Of a stretch of DNA of 64,000 nucleotides, positions 9,991 through 18,584 are shown one piece after another. Position numbers and translations under genes: made by a program. Position 1 is the first letter of the stretch; every line of letters starts with the position of its first letter. The notes under the pieces were generated by a model. That model was not told where the DNA came from. It saw only the letters and a list, made by a program, of their open reading frames with translations, and did no database searches. Origin of the DNA: Candidatus Geohabitans tengchongensis (GTDB taxonomy: Bacteria > Sysuimicrobiota > Sysuimicrobiia > Sysuimicrobiales > Humicultoraceae); the NCBI GenBank assembly GCA_031459625.1, contig JAVKIH010000008.1, positions 1-64,000 on the forward strand. The letters are read 5' to 3'.

Positions 9991-10535
9991 GGCGTCGCGC
10001 CTTTCCTCAGCAGGCGCTCGACGTGCTCGGTGAGCCACTCCTCGGTGACGGCGCCCACGTGCTTGGCGACGATGACCCCCTGCGGGTCGATGACGAAGGT
10101 CTCGGGCACGCCGTAGACGCCGAAGTCGATGGAGATCCGCCCGAGCGGGTCGGGGCCGTTGGGGAAGGTCAGCCCGAACCGGCGGATGAACTGGCGGGCC
10201 GGGGCCTCCTGGTCCTGGATGTTCACGCCCACGACCACCACCCCGCGCTCCCGGTACCGCTCCCAGACGCGCTGCAGGCGGGGCGCCTCCTCGTAGCAGG
10301 CGGGGTAGCACCACGACGCCCAGAAGTTCACCACCACGATCCGGCCTCGCAGGCGTGGGGTCTCCAGTGTCCCGCCCTCGAAGAGGCGCAGGGTGAACGC
10401 CGGCGCGGGCCGGCCGATGAGGGGCGAGGGGATGGCGCGCGGGTCGCGCGTAAAGCCGAAGGCGAAGAGAGCGCCGACGACGGCGGTGACGGCCAGCGCG
10501 ATCAGGAAGGCTCTTGCACGCATCGGTTCCCCCAT
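9987..10535 (-). CDS. TlpA/CcmG/ResA-like membrane-anchored thiol-disulfide reductase
   Basis: N-terminal TM, PSPLIGRPAPAF, NFWASWC, GVYGVPETFVID. Confidence 0.88.
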   Translation of the reverse strand: MGEPMRARAFLIALAVTAVVGALFAFGFTRDPRAIPSPLIGRPAPAFTLRLFEGGTLETPRLRGRIVVVNFWASWCYPACYEEAPRLQRVWERYRERGVVVVGVNIQDQEAPARQFIRRFGLTFPNGPDPLGRISIDFGVYGVPETFVIDPQGVIVAKHVGAVTEEWLTEHVERLLRKGATP

Positions 10536-10681
10536 GACAGTACCACCTGCCGGGAGGCTGCGCCGTGGCGAGGGCAGCCCCGCGGGTGCGGCGCCGGTGC
10601 GGCCCTCCCGGACCATCGCCGCGCGCGTGTGAGCCGTCGCTCCCGCTACGCGCCTCTGCTACCCTGTCAGCCGTGGGTCAG

Positions 10682-11299
10682 ATGCAGGGAGCACCACTCG
10701 ACGCGACCGCCCGGACGGCGCGGCTCAGCGCGGACGACCGGCAGTTGCGTCGCGCAGGCCGCCGCGCGTTGCTGGCGACTGCCGCCGTCACTGCGGTCCT
10801 TTACGCCGTCCTGGGCTACGCCCTCACCCTGCACCGGCCGCTCGCCCCGGGCCCGGCGGTGGCCGCGTTCCTGGCGGCGGCGCCCACCGTCATCGCCCTG
10901 GTCAACGCCACCGCGCTGGTCTGCCTGCTGCGAGGGTACCGGGCCATCCGGGCGCACCGGGTCGCCACCCACCGCCGCGCCATGCTGGCGGCCGCGGCCT
11001 GCATCACCGCCTTCCTCGTCCTCTACGTGGCCCGCGTGGGGCTCGGCGGGGTGAAGCCCTTCCCGGGCCCGGCGGCCGTGCGCACCTACGTCTACCTCCC
11101 GGTGCTGACGGTGCACATCGTGCTCTCCATCCTGTCCGTGCCGCTCGTCATCTACAACCTGCTGGTGGGCCTGACCTTCGACCTGCGCGACGTGCCCCGT
11201 TCCGCGCACGTCCGGGTGGGCCGGCTGGCCGTCCTGCTCTGGTCGGTCAGCCTGACGCTCGGCATCGTCGTCTACGTGATGCTGAACGTGCTCTACTGA
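10682..11299 (+). CDS. DUF420-family membrane protein
   Basis: HRRAMLAA..FLVLY, HIVLS, H.RVGR..LW.VS..LG..VY pattern. Confidence 0.8.
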   Translation: MQGAPLDATARTARLSADDRQLRRAGRRALLATAAVTAVLYAVLGYALTLHRPLAPGPAVAAFLAAAPTVIALVNATALVCLLRGYRAIRAHRVATHRRAMLAAAACITAFLVLYVARVGLGGVKPFPGPAAVRTYVYLPVLTVHIVLSILSVPLVIYNLLVGLTFDLRDVPRSAHVRVGRLAVLLWSVSLTLGIVVYVMLNVLY

Positions 11300-11392
11300 G
11301 CCCGCTCTCCCGGGCCGGCTCGACCGCCTGCCGCGGAGCCAGCCCCCCTCGGCCGCTCTGCTCGCCCGTCCGCTCGCGCTGCTGAGCCGCCG

Positions 11393-12838
11393 CTACGGCT
11401 CCAGGCGGATGGCTACCATCTGGATGTTCGTCATCTCCTCCATGGCGTAGCGCACGCCCTCGCGGCCGATGCCGCTGCGGCGGTTGCCGCCGTAGGGCAT
11501 GTGGTCGGCGCGGAAGGCCGGGGTGTCGTTCACGACCACCCCGCCGAAGTTGAGCCGCCGGATCGCCTGGAAGACCCGCCCCAGGTCGCGGGTGAAGACC
11601 GCCGCCTGGAGGCCGTACTCGGTGGCGTCGGCCTGGCGCAGCGCCTCCTCGAAGTCGTCGGCGGCGATGACCGAGGCCACGGGCGCGAACGCCTCCTGGG
11701 CCACCACCTTCATCTCCGGCCGGACGTCGGTGAGGACGGTGGGCCAGACCACGGCGCCCTCGCGCCGGCCGCCGGTGACGACGCGGGCGCCGCCCTGCAG
11801 GGCTTCGGTGATCCAGGCCTCGATGCGCTCGGCCTCGCGCCGGTCGATCATCGGGCCCACGTCCACCCGCTCGTCCAGCGGGTCGCCCACCACCATCGCC
11901 TCGCTGGCTTGGACGAAGCGGTCGAGGAAGGGCTCGTAGACACGGCGCTCGGTGTAGATGCGCTGCACGGAGATGCACACCTGACCGGAGTTGTAGTAGG
12001 CGCCCACGGCGCAGCGCCGGGCCACGTACTCCAGGTCGGCGTCCGGGGCGATGATCACCGGCGAGGTGTTGCCGAGCTCCAGCGTCACCTTCTTCAGCCC
12101 GGCCAGCCGGGTGATGCGCTCCCCCACGGCGGGGCTGCCGGTGAAGGTCACCTTGGCCACCCGGGGGTCGGTGACGAGCCACTCCCCCACCGTCCCGCCG
12201 GGGCCGTGCACCAGGTTGAGCGCCCCGGCGGGCAGCCCGGCCTCCTCCAGGACCCGGCAGAGGCGGACCGCGGTGAGGGGCGTGGCGCCGGCCGGCTTCA
12301 GCACCACCGTGTTGCCCGCCGCCAGGGCCGGGGCCACCTTGTGGGCCACCAGGTTCAGCGGGAAGTTGAAGGGCGTGATGGCGGCGATGACCCCCACCGG
12401 GCGGCGCACCCAGAAGCCGAAGTAGCCCTCGCCGGCGGGGACGGCGTCCAGGGGGACCGTCTCCCCGTGCAGCCGGCGGGCTTCTTCGGCGGCGATGGTG
12501 AAGGTGGTGATCCCCCGGTCCACCTCGATGCGGGCGTACTTCAGCGCCTTGCCCGCCTCGGCGGCGATGGTGCGGGCGAACCCCTCCCGGTCGGCGGCGA
12601 TCAGCTCGGCGGCGCGCCGGAGGATCGCGGCGCGGCGGTGGACCGGCATCTCCGCCATGACGGGCGCCGCCCGCTGGGCCGCCTCCACCGCGGCCTCGAC
12701 GTCCTCCCGCCGGGCCACGGGCAGGGTGCCCAGCACCTCGCCGGTGTACTTGTTCCGCACCTCATCGGGCGCACCGCCGTCCACCCACCGGCCGCCGATG
12801 AAGAGTCGGTACTCCACGGGAGCCTGCGTGCGCTCCAC
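11393..12838 (-). CDS. Aldehyde dehydrogenase family
   Basis: ITPFNFP, FTGS, LELG, GQVCIS, EAFAPV; GGAGG SD before GTG 12838. Confidence 0.93.
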   Translation of the reverse strand: MERTQAPVEYRLFIGGRWVDGGAPDEVRNKYTGEVLGTLPVARREDVEAAVEAAQRAAPVMAEMPVHRRAAILRRAAELIAADREGFARTIAAEAGKALKYARIEVDRGITTFTIAAEEARRLHGETVPLDAVPAGEGYFGFWVRRPVGVIAAITPFNFPLNLVAHKVAPALAAGNTVVLKPAGATPLTAVRLCRVLEEAGLPAGALNLVHGPGGTVGEWLVTDPRVAKVTFTGSPAVGERITRLAGLKKVTLELGNTSPVIIAPDADLEYVARRCAVGAYYNSGQVCISVQRIYTERRVYEPFLDRFVQASEAMVVGDPLDERVDVGPMIDRREAERIEAWITEALQGGARVVTGGRREGAVVWPTVLTDVRPEMKVVAQEAFAPVASVIAADDFEEALRQADATEYGLQAAVFTRDLGRVFQAIRRLNFGGVVVNDTPAFRADHMPYGGNRRSGIGREGVRYAMEEMTNIQMVAIRLEP

Positions 12839-13189
12839 GGACGTCACCTCCCGCACTCTGGTCTGTCTCGATCATAGCCCGGCGTGCCCACCCCAGGGAC
12901 TCACAGAGGGCGCGACGGCCGTCACCACGCGGGCGATCACTCGCCGCGGGGGCATGGGTGATGCCTGAAAACGGGGAGCCTTGAGGCGCGCGCAGCTCTT
13001 CGCCGGTCGGACCGGCGGTCGTCCTGGCGGGGTGATGCGGCAGGGTGGGTGGAACGCCTTCGGCGTGCCTGCGACGTCCCGGCTACGCCTGGGCCCCACA
13101 GCGGCGGCAACCCCGCACGACCCCGGCCGCCTTCGCCGCGGCGTCGGAGCCGTCGAGGTCACCGAGCCGCAGATCCGCCGCTGGCGCGG

Positions 13190-13219
13190 CTAGTTGTTGT
13201 TGTTGTTGTTGTTGTTCAT
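13190..13219 (-). CDS. Poly-asparagine micropeptide MNNNNNNNN
   Basis: ATG-(AAC)8-TAG; AGAGGAGG SD with GGAGG 7 nt upstream; 59 nt downstream of the AsnRS-like gene on the same strand. Confidence 0.85.
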   Translation of the reverse strand: MNNNNNNNN

Positions 13220-13278
13220 CCGTTCGCCTCCTCTCTGACTGGCGTGACCGGCACTCGGCCCGGTGTGACAGAGACCGC

Positions 13279-14217
13279 TCAGGCCATCGCGTACTCCCGC
13301 AATCCGTACCGGGCGTCCACGGGGAAGGGGATGACCGTGGTGACGTCGCTGGCGCCCCACAGGTACTGGATCAGCCGGTCGAACCCCAGCCCGTAGCCGG
13401 CGCGGCGGACCGGGTTGCCCTCGAAGAGCGCCAGGTAGGGCTCGAAGACCTGCGGGTCGCCGCCCGCCTCGACGAGCTGCCGGTACATCACGGAGGTGTA
13501 GAGCTTCTCCCGCAGGATGGCGACGTCGTGCTCCCGCGCCGCCGAGCCGAAGGTCTCGCCGCTCAGCGGCAGGAGCAGGTCGCAGCACTCGACGGTCCGC
13601 CCGCCGTTGTGCCGGCTGTCCAGCATGTTGAAGAACTTGATCTCGCGCGGGTAGCGGATCACTGAGACGATCCCGTACCGGTCGGTCAGCCGGGCTTCGT
13701 CCGCCGCGCTCAGGTCCGTGCCCCACGGCAGCCCCAGGTCACCGATGGCCTGCTCGTAGGGGACGACGGTGAACGTGGTCAGGTCCTGGAGCAGGGCGTC
13801 GCGGCGCGGGGCGGGCAGGGCGGGGTGCTCCAGGGCGGCGTGGATGACGTGGCGCACCAGCCGGTGCTCGTGGGCCACCAGGTCCTCCAGGTCCCAGTCG
13901 CGCGCCTCCGCCTCGACCAGCACGAACTCACACAGGTGGCGTCCGTCCGCGCGCGGCTCCGCCCGGAAGGAGCGGCCGCGCGTGATCACCCGCGGCAGGT
14001 CCCACCGCACCACGGCCACCTCCAGGTCGAGCTGGGCGGTCTGCCGCAGGAACTGGGTGCGGCCGAGGAAGTCCAGCCGGAAGACCGTCGGGACGTTCTC
14101 GCACGCCCCGGTGCCGGGGGTGATCTCGGGCGTCTCGAGCTCGATGAAGCCCTCGCTGCGGCAGAACTGGAAGACGGCGTCCATCATCGCCGCCCGGAAC
14201 TCGACCAGGTCACGCAA
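13279..14217 (-). CDS. Class IIb aminoacyl-tRNA synthetase paralogue, catalytic domain only (AsnRS2 / asparagine synthetase-like)
   Basis: Motif 1 GFIELETPEI, motif 2 SFRAE..RHLCEF, motif 3 GYGLGFDRL; no N-terminal OB anticodon domain; probable TTG start after GGAGGG. Confidence 0.85.
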   Translation of the reverse strand: MRDLVEFRAAMMDAVFQFCRSEGFIELETPEITPGTGACENVPTVFRLDFLGRTQFLRQTAQLDLEVAVVRWDLPRVITRGRSFRAEPRADGRHLCEFVLVEAEARDWDLEDLVAHEHRLVRHVIHAALEHPALPAPRRDALLQDLTTFTVVPYEQAIGDLGLPWGTDLSAADEARLTDRYGIVSVIRYPREIKFFNMLDSRHNGGRTVECCDLLLPLSGETFGSAAREHDVAILREKLYTSVMYRQLVEAGGDPQVFEPYLALFEGNPVRRAGYGLGFDRLIQYLWGASDVTTVIPFPVDARYGLREYAMA

Positions 14218-14370
14218 TTCCCATCCCTCCCTGCAGGCCACGCGGGCCCGTCGGTGTGTGGGCGCACTGCGCCCGACTCGTGCACGAACGGGGAACCCCT
14301 CCGGTCCGGATGCCCGTGGGCGATGCGGTCGGTGGCCGTGTCACCGTTCGGGGGCGGCGAGGGCGGGGAC

Positions 14371-14402
14371 AGGAAAAGCGCCGGGAGGCGTCTCCCGGCG
14401 CT
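14371..14402 (-). terminator. Intrinsic terminator (attenuator) in the leader of the AsnRS-like gene
   Basis: Minus strand AGCGCCGGGAG-ACGC-CTCCCGGCGCT followed by TTTCCT. Confidence 0.8.
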
Positions 14403-14427
14403 GCACGATGGCGTACTCCTGCTGCAT

Positions 14428-14460
14428 CCCTTCTCCGCCTCTCCGGACGAAGTTAAAGGG
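14428..14460 (-). promoter_or_regulatory. PyrR-binding RNA hairpin (anti-antiterminator)
   Basis: Minus strand CCCTTTAACTTCGTCCGGAGAGGCGGAGAAGGG matches PyrR consensus elements CUUUAA and UCCNGNGAGGY; CCCTT/AAGGG closing stem. Confidence 0.8.
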
Positions 14461-14486
14461 TCTCGTCCTGCACGCTTGCCAGGCCC

Positions 14487-14492
14487 ACTATA
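14487..14492 (-). promoter_or_regulatory. Putative -10 box for the PyrR leader
   Basis: TATAGT about 27 nt upstream of the hairpin; no good -35. Confidence 0.4.
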
Positions 14493-14592
14493 CGACGCGG
14501 GCTCGCCATCTCCTGCTGTCCCGCCGGACCTGGCCTCGAAAATTTCCCCCTCCCCCCGAAACCCCCGGCTCCCTGCCGATCTTTCACGTGGG

Positions 14593-15264
14593 ATGGGCGA
14601 CGTGCGGATGGTCGGGGCGCGGCAGGCGGGCGGGTTCACCCTGGTGGAGCTGGCGGCAGGCCTGGCCCTCCTGGGGCTGACGGCCAGCGCGGTCTACCTC
14701 ACCGCCACGGCCTCGACGTCGGTCCAGGCCCTGGACCGCGCGCGGGAGACTCAGCAGGCCCTGCGCACGGCGCTCGACCGGGTGGCGGAGGAGCTGCGCT
14801 GGGCGGAGGCGGTCCTGCCCGACCCCGGCTGCGGCGGGCTGTGTGCCGACCGCCTCACCGCCCAGGTGCCGGCGGGCAACCCGTTACGGGGTGCACCGTA
14901 CGTGGTCACCTTCCGGCGGGACGCACGGGAGCGTGAGGTGGAGCGACGGGTGGGCAGGGGCGTCACCAACGTGGCGGGGGGCATCGACGCGCTGGCCTTC
15001 GCCTACTTCACCGCCTCGGGCGCTCCGGCCGCCCGGGCCGAGGAGGTGCGGCGGGTGGCCATCCTCATCGAGGGGTCGCCGGGTGGCGCCGGGACGGGGC
15101 GGCAGCGGGCTACGGTCGAGGTCTTCCTGCGGAACGCCTCAGCAGCCGGCCGTCCCGGGGGTTCCACGCCCTCTCCTCCACCGTTGCCGGCGGCTCGCCC
15201 GACACCCGACCTCAGGCCCAGACCTCCCGATCCTCCGGTCGGTCCGGCCATCCGGCGGCGGTGA
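14593..15264 (+). CDS. Prepilin-type N-terminal cleavage/methylation protein (minor pilin, PilW-like)
   Basis: G|FTLVEL motif followed by a hydrophobic helix; Pro-rich tail. Confidence 0.78.
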   Translation: MGDVRMVGARQAGGFTLVELAAGLALLGLTASAVYLTATASTSVQALDRARETQQALRTALDRVAEELRWAEAVLPDPGCGGLCADRLTAQVPAGNPLRGAPYVVTFRRDAREREVERRVGRGVTNVAGGIDALAFAYFTASGAPAARAEEVRRVAILIEGSPGGAGTGRQRATVEVFLRNASAAGRPGGSTPSPPPLPAARPTPDLRPRPPDPPVGPAIRRR

Positions 15265-15385
15265 GGCTATGCCGACCGACGAGCGAACAGCGCGGACCCG
15301 GGGTCAGTGGTGTTCGGGCGCTGAGGTGACAGGAGCGTTACAAATCCCCTCCAGCATGACCCCGGGCCTGTAAGACAGGGGAGGG

Positions 15386-15868
15386 ATGGGGATGCGTGAC
15401 GCCTGGCGGACGGTCGCGACACTGGCCGCACTGGTGGTGCCGGCCGCGCTCGTCGTGGTGTCGGTGACGGCTCAGCAGGCCGCGGCCCAGGATCCGGTGG
15501 CGGCCGTGCGAGTGCAGCTGCGGACGGCGATCTTCCACTCCAGCGAGCTGGCGCAGCGCGGCACGGCGGTGGCCGCCTCACGGCTGCACATGCAGCATAC
15601 GGTGAACTGTCTGGAGGGGCCGGAAGGCCCCAACTTCAGCGCGGCGGCGGGGCACCCGTGCCAGGGACAGGGGAACGGCATCATCCCCGACCTGCAGCGC
15701 GCGGTGTCGGCCGGCGCGCGGGGCGCGGAGCGGGCGATGGTCTTCGTGCGCGCGGCGCACACCCTGGCCCTGCAGGCGCTCAAGTCCAACGACGTGAACG
15801 AGGTGCAGCCCTTCGCCATCGTGGTGGCGCGGAACCTGCAACAGGCGATGGCCGTCCTCGGCCCGTAG
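15386..15868 (+). CDS. Secreted helical hypothetical protein with two Cys
   Basis: GGAGGG SD, signal peptide, HMQHTVNCLEG..GHPC. Confidence 0.7.
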   Translation: MGMRDAWRTVATLAALVVPAALVVVSVTAQQAAAQDPVAAVRVQLRTAIFHSSELAQRGTAVAASRLHMQHTVNCLEGPEGPNFSAAAGHPCQGQGNGIIPDLQRAVSAGARGAERAMVFVRAAHTLALQALKSNDVNEVQPFAIVVARNLQQAMAVLGP

Positions 15869-15994
15869 CGTTCCTCGCCGTCCCGGAGCGGTACCAGGCC
15901 GCCGAACAGACGAGGGGGAGCGGCCTGCGCGCCCGGCCGCTCCCGTCGTGGTCTCTGACAGTTGCAGGATCCTGTCGTCCTCGCGTGTTGGCCG

Positions 15995-16486
15995 TTACTT
16001 CCCGCCATTGACGGGCAGGAAGCTGCAGTTCTGATCGTTGGCCTCTTCCAACCGATCGGCCAGGGAGAGCATGGCTGACCGGGACCCGCCCAGGGCGGTG
16101 TTCACCGCACTCTGCAGGGCGCCGATGGATTCGGCCCCCTGGTAGGCGCCGACGAACTGGGCCTCATTCAGCAGCGCCGCCACGGCCTGGCGGAGCAGGA
16201 TTCTGGCCCCGCCCAACGTGCCAGGGCCTCCGCGGAAGCGCAACGCGTCCAGCAGAGTTGCACTGCCGAGGCCGTGCGACGTCGATCCACCAAAGACCTC
16301 ACTGAGGGGCTGTTCAGCGATGTATGGACGCGGCCAGCGCTCCGTGTGATTCTTCCAGAACCCGATCGTGCACCCTCTGGGGACGTCATCCTTGTCGTGA
16401 GCAGCGGCGGGAACGTTTGGCAAACCGAGTAAGGTGAGGATCGTCAAGAGAGCCGCCACCGGCCACACGCCTGTACGCACACCCAT
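15995..16486 (-). CDS. Secreted hypothetical protein with a GCTxGFWKNH motif
   Basis: GGAGG SD, signal peptide ending PAAA, LLRQAVAALLN segment. Confidence 0.7.
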   Translation of the reverse strand: MGVRTGVWPVAALLTILTLLGLPNVPAAAHDKDDVPRGCTIGFWKNHTERWPRPYIAEQPLSEVFGGSTSHGLGSATLLDALRFRGGPGTLGGARILLRQAVAALLNEAQFVGAYQGAESIGALQSAVNTALGGSRSAMLSLADRLEEANDQNCSFLPVNGGK

Positions 16487-16677
16487 CCCTCCTCCCGGCC
16501 GTGGGGTTGGCCACGCTAGGAATGTGGGTCCCCGGCAGGGGATCAGGCAGCCAGGCCCGCGCCACCCGAAGCCCTGTAGGTCCCGAAAGAGCCCCCCTTG
16601 TCGGCGTCAGCGCAGGGCTTTCCCCGAAGCGCGGAGGAGGCCCTTCTGTCAAACGAGTGATCTTTGGTCTTCCGACC

Positions 16678-17568
16678 TCAGCCCTTCAGGGCCCCGGCCA
16701 GCAGGCCGCGCAGGAAGAACCGGCCCAGGAAGATGTAGACCAGCAGGGTGGGGAGGGCGGCCAGCAGGGCGCCCGCCATCTGCACGTTCCACTCCACGAT
16801 CTGGCTCCCGGCCAGGTTCTGCAGCGCTACCGTCACCGGCTGCCGGGCCGGGTGGCTGGTGATCGTCACGGCGAAGAGGAACTCGTTCCACACCGCCGTG
16901 AACTCCCAGATGGCCACGACCACGAAGGCCGGAGCCGACAGCGGCAGGACCACGTGGCGGTAGATACCGGCGAAGCCCGCCCCGTCGATGCGGGCCGCCT
17001 CGACCAGGTCGGCGGGGATGGTGGCGTAGTAGTTGCGGAAGATGAGCGTGGTGATGGGGATCCCGTAGACGACGTGCACCAGGACGAGCCCGCCGATGGT
17101 CCCGTAGAGCTGCACCCCCAGCGTCTGGCCCGCCCACTGCAGGAACTGCACCAGCGGGATGAGCACCGACTGGTAGGGGATGAACATCCCGAAGAGCAGC
17201 AGGGGGAAGAGGAGGTCCGCCCCGCGGAACTTCCAGTGCGCCAGCACGTAGCCATTGAGGGAGCCGACGACCGCGGCCAGCACCGTGGCGGGCACCACGA
17301 GGCGCACGCTGTTCAGCACGTTGGGGCGCAGGCGGGCGTAGGCGGCGGCGAAGGAGTCGAAGGAGAGGTCGGCCGGCAGCGCCCACATGCGGCTCAGGCT
17401 GACCTCCCGGAAGGACTTCAGCCCGTTCACCACCAGCACGTAGACCGGCATGAGGTAGAAGGCGGCGAAGAGGAGGAGGGCGCCGTAGACCAGCACGCGG
17501 CCCCAGCGTACCCGCGGCGTGACGGTGCGGGCGGCCGACCGGGGGAGGGCAGCTTCCGCCAGCGTCAC
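16678..17568 (-). CDS. Carbohydrate ABC transporter permease
   Basis: EAARIDGA motif, WNEFLF; GTGA overlap. Confidence 0.92.
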   Translation of the reverse strand: MTLAEAALPRSAARTVTPRVRWGRVLVYGALLLFAAFYLMPVYVLVVNGLKSFREVSLSRMWALPADLSFDSFAAAYARLRPNVLNSVRLVVPATVLAAVVGSLNGYVLAHWKFRGADLLFPLLLFGMFIPYQSVLIPLVQFLQWAGQTLGVQLYGTIGGLVLVHVVYGIPITTLIFRNYYATIPADLVEAARIDGAGFAGIYRHVVLPLSAPAFVVVAIWEFTAVWNEFLFAVTITSHPARQPVTVALQNLAGSQIVEWNVQMAGALLAALPTLLVYIFLGRFFLRGLLAGALKG

Positions 17569-18443
17569 GTCCGGGCCTCCTGGCGGGTCGTGGACCAGAG
17601 GTAGGGCACGATGAGCACGGCGACGAGGAGGAGCATGACGATGGCGATGGCCGCCCCCTCGGCGAAGCGGTTGCCGCGGAAGGTGGTCTCGAACATGAAG
17701 ACGCCGGGGACGTCGGTGGAGAAGGCCGGGCCGCTGCCGGTCATGGCGAAGACCAGGTCGAAGATCTTCAGGGAGATGTGGCCGAGCACGATGACCGCGC
17801 TGAGCGTGATCGGCGCCAGCAGCGGTACCACGACGTACCGGTAGAGGGCCCACTCGCTCGCGCCGTCCACCCGGGCGGCCTCGAGCAGCTCCTCGGGGAT
17901 GCCCCGCAGGCCGGCCAGGTACATGGCCATGGTGAACCCGGAGAGCTGCCACGTGGCCGCCAGCACCACCGAGAAGATGGCGATGCGCGGTTCGGTGTAC
18001 CAGGGGGAGCGCAGCACCCCCAGCCCCACGTGCTCGAGGAGCAGGTTGATGCCCGTGCTGGGGTTGAGGAGCCACTGCCACACCACGCCCGTGACGATGA
18101 ACGAGATGGACATGGGGAAGAGGAAGACGTTGCGGAAGAGGGCCTCGCCCCGCACCCGCTGGTCGAGCAGTACGGCCAGCAGGAACCCCAGCACCAGGCA
18201 GGCGGCCAGGAAGGTGAGCGTGAAGACCACGGTGTTCCGCAGGTCGGCCTGGAAGCGGAAGGTCTGGAAGAGCTCGACGTAGTTGCGCCGCCCGACGAAG
18301 GAGAGGTCGGGGATGAAGGTGGTCCACCCGCTCAGCGAGACGTAGGCGGTCCAGCCGATGAACCCGTAGACGAAGACCCCCACTGCCACCACGGAGGGGA
18401 CCAGGACCAGGACGGCCGGGAGGCGGTCGCGGGCGCGGCTCAC
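17565..18443 (-). CDS. Carbohydrate ABC transporter permease
   Basis: EAARVDGA motif, KIFDLVF. Confidence 0.92.
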   Translation of the reverse strand: MSRARDRLPAVLVLVPSVVAVGVFVYGFIGWTAYVSLSGWTTFIPDLSFVGRRNYVELFQTFRFQADLRNTVVFTLTFLAACLVLGFLLAVLLDQRVRGEALFRNVFLFPMSISFIVTGVVWQWLLNPSTGINLLLEHVGLGVLRSPWYTEPRIAIFSVVLAATWQLSGFTMAMYLAGLRGIPEELLEAARVDGASEWALYRYVVVPLLAPITLSAVIVLGHISLKIFDLVFAMTGSGPAFSTDVPGVFMFETTFRGNRFAEGAAIAIVMLLLVAVLIVPYLWSTTRQEART

Positions 18444-18584
18444 CGCGGGCGCAGGCTCGGGCAGCCGCGGCGGCTCAGGGCGAGCACCAGCGGTCGGCGG
18501 GGGCGACGCATCGGGGCCGCAGCGGTGGGGGGGCGGGAGCGGTGGCCGGCTCCCGCCCTTGGCAAGGCCGGACGCCGCCAGCAG

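Noticed and set aside
13193..13216. (GTT)8 as a mere microsatellite, or poly-Val/poly-Cys on the + strand
   Set aside because: It is exactly bounded by SD-ATG and TAG on the minus strand; the + strand ORFs are shadows of the AsnRS-like gene.
12860..13219. Poly-Asn ORF as an Asn-sensing attenuator for the downstream ALDH
   Set aside because: It is about 350 nt away, no U-tailed terminator is seen between them, ALDH has its own TATGAT -10-like box near 12871-12876, and there is no link between ALDH and Asn. Not formally excluded.
14210..14224. Mini-ORF MGIA* overlapping the AsnRS-like start
   Set aside because: The ATG directly abuts the SD; the spacing fits the TTG at 14217 instead.
14284..14300. 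GAACGGGGAACC resembling the c-di-AMP (ydaO) riboswitch
   Set aside because: The other conserved ydaO elements are not found, and it lies antisense to the leader.
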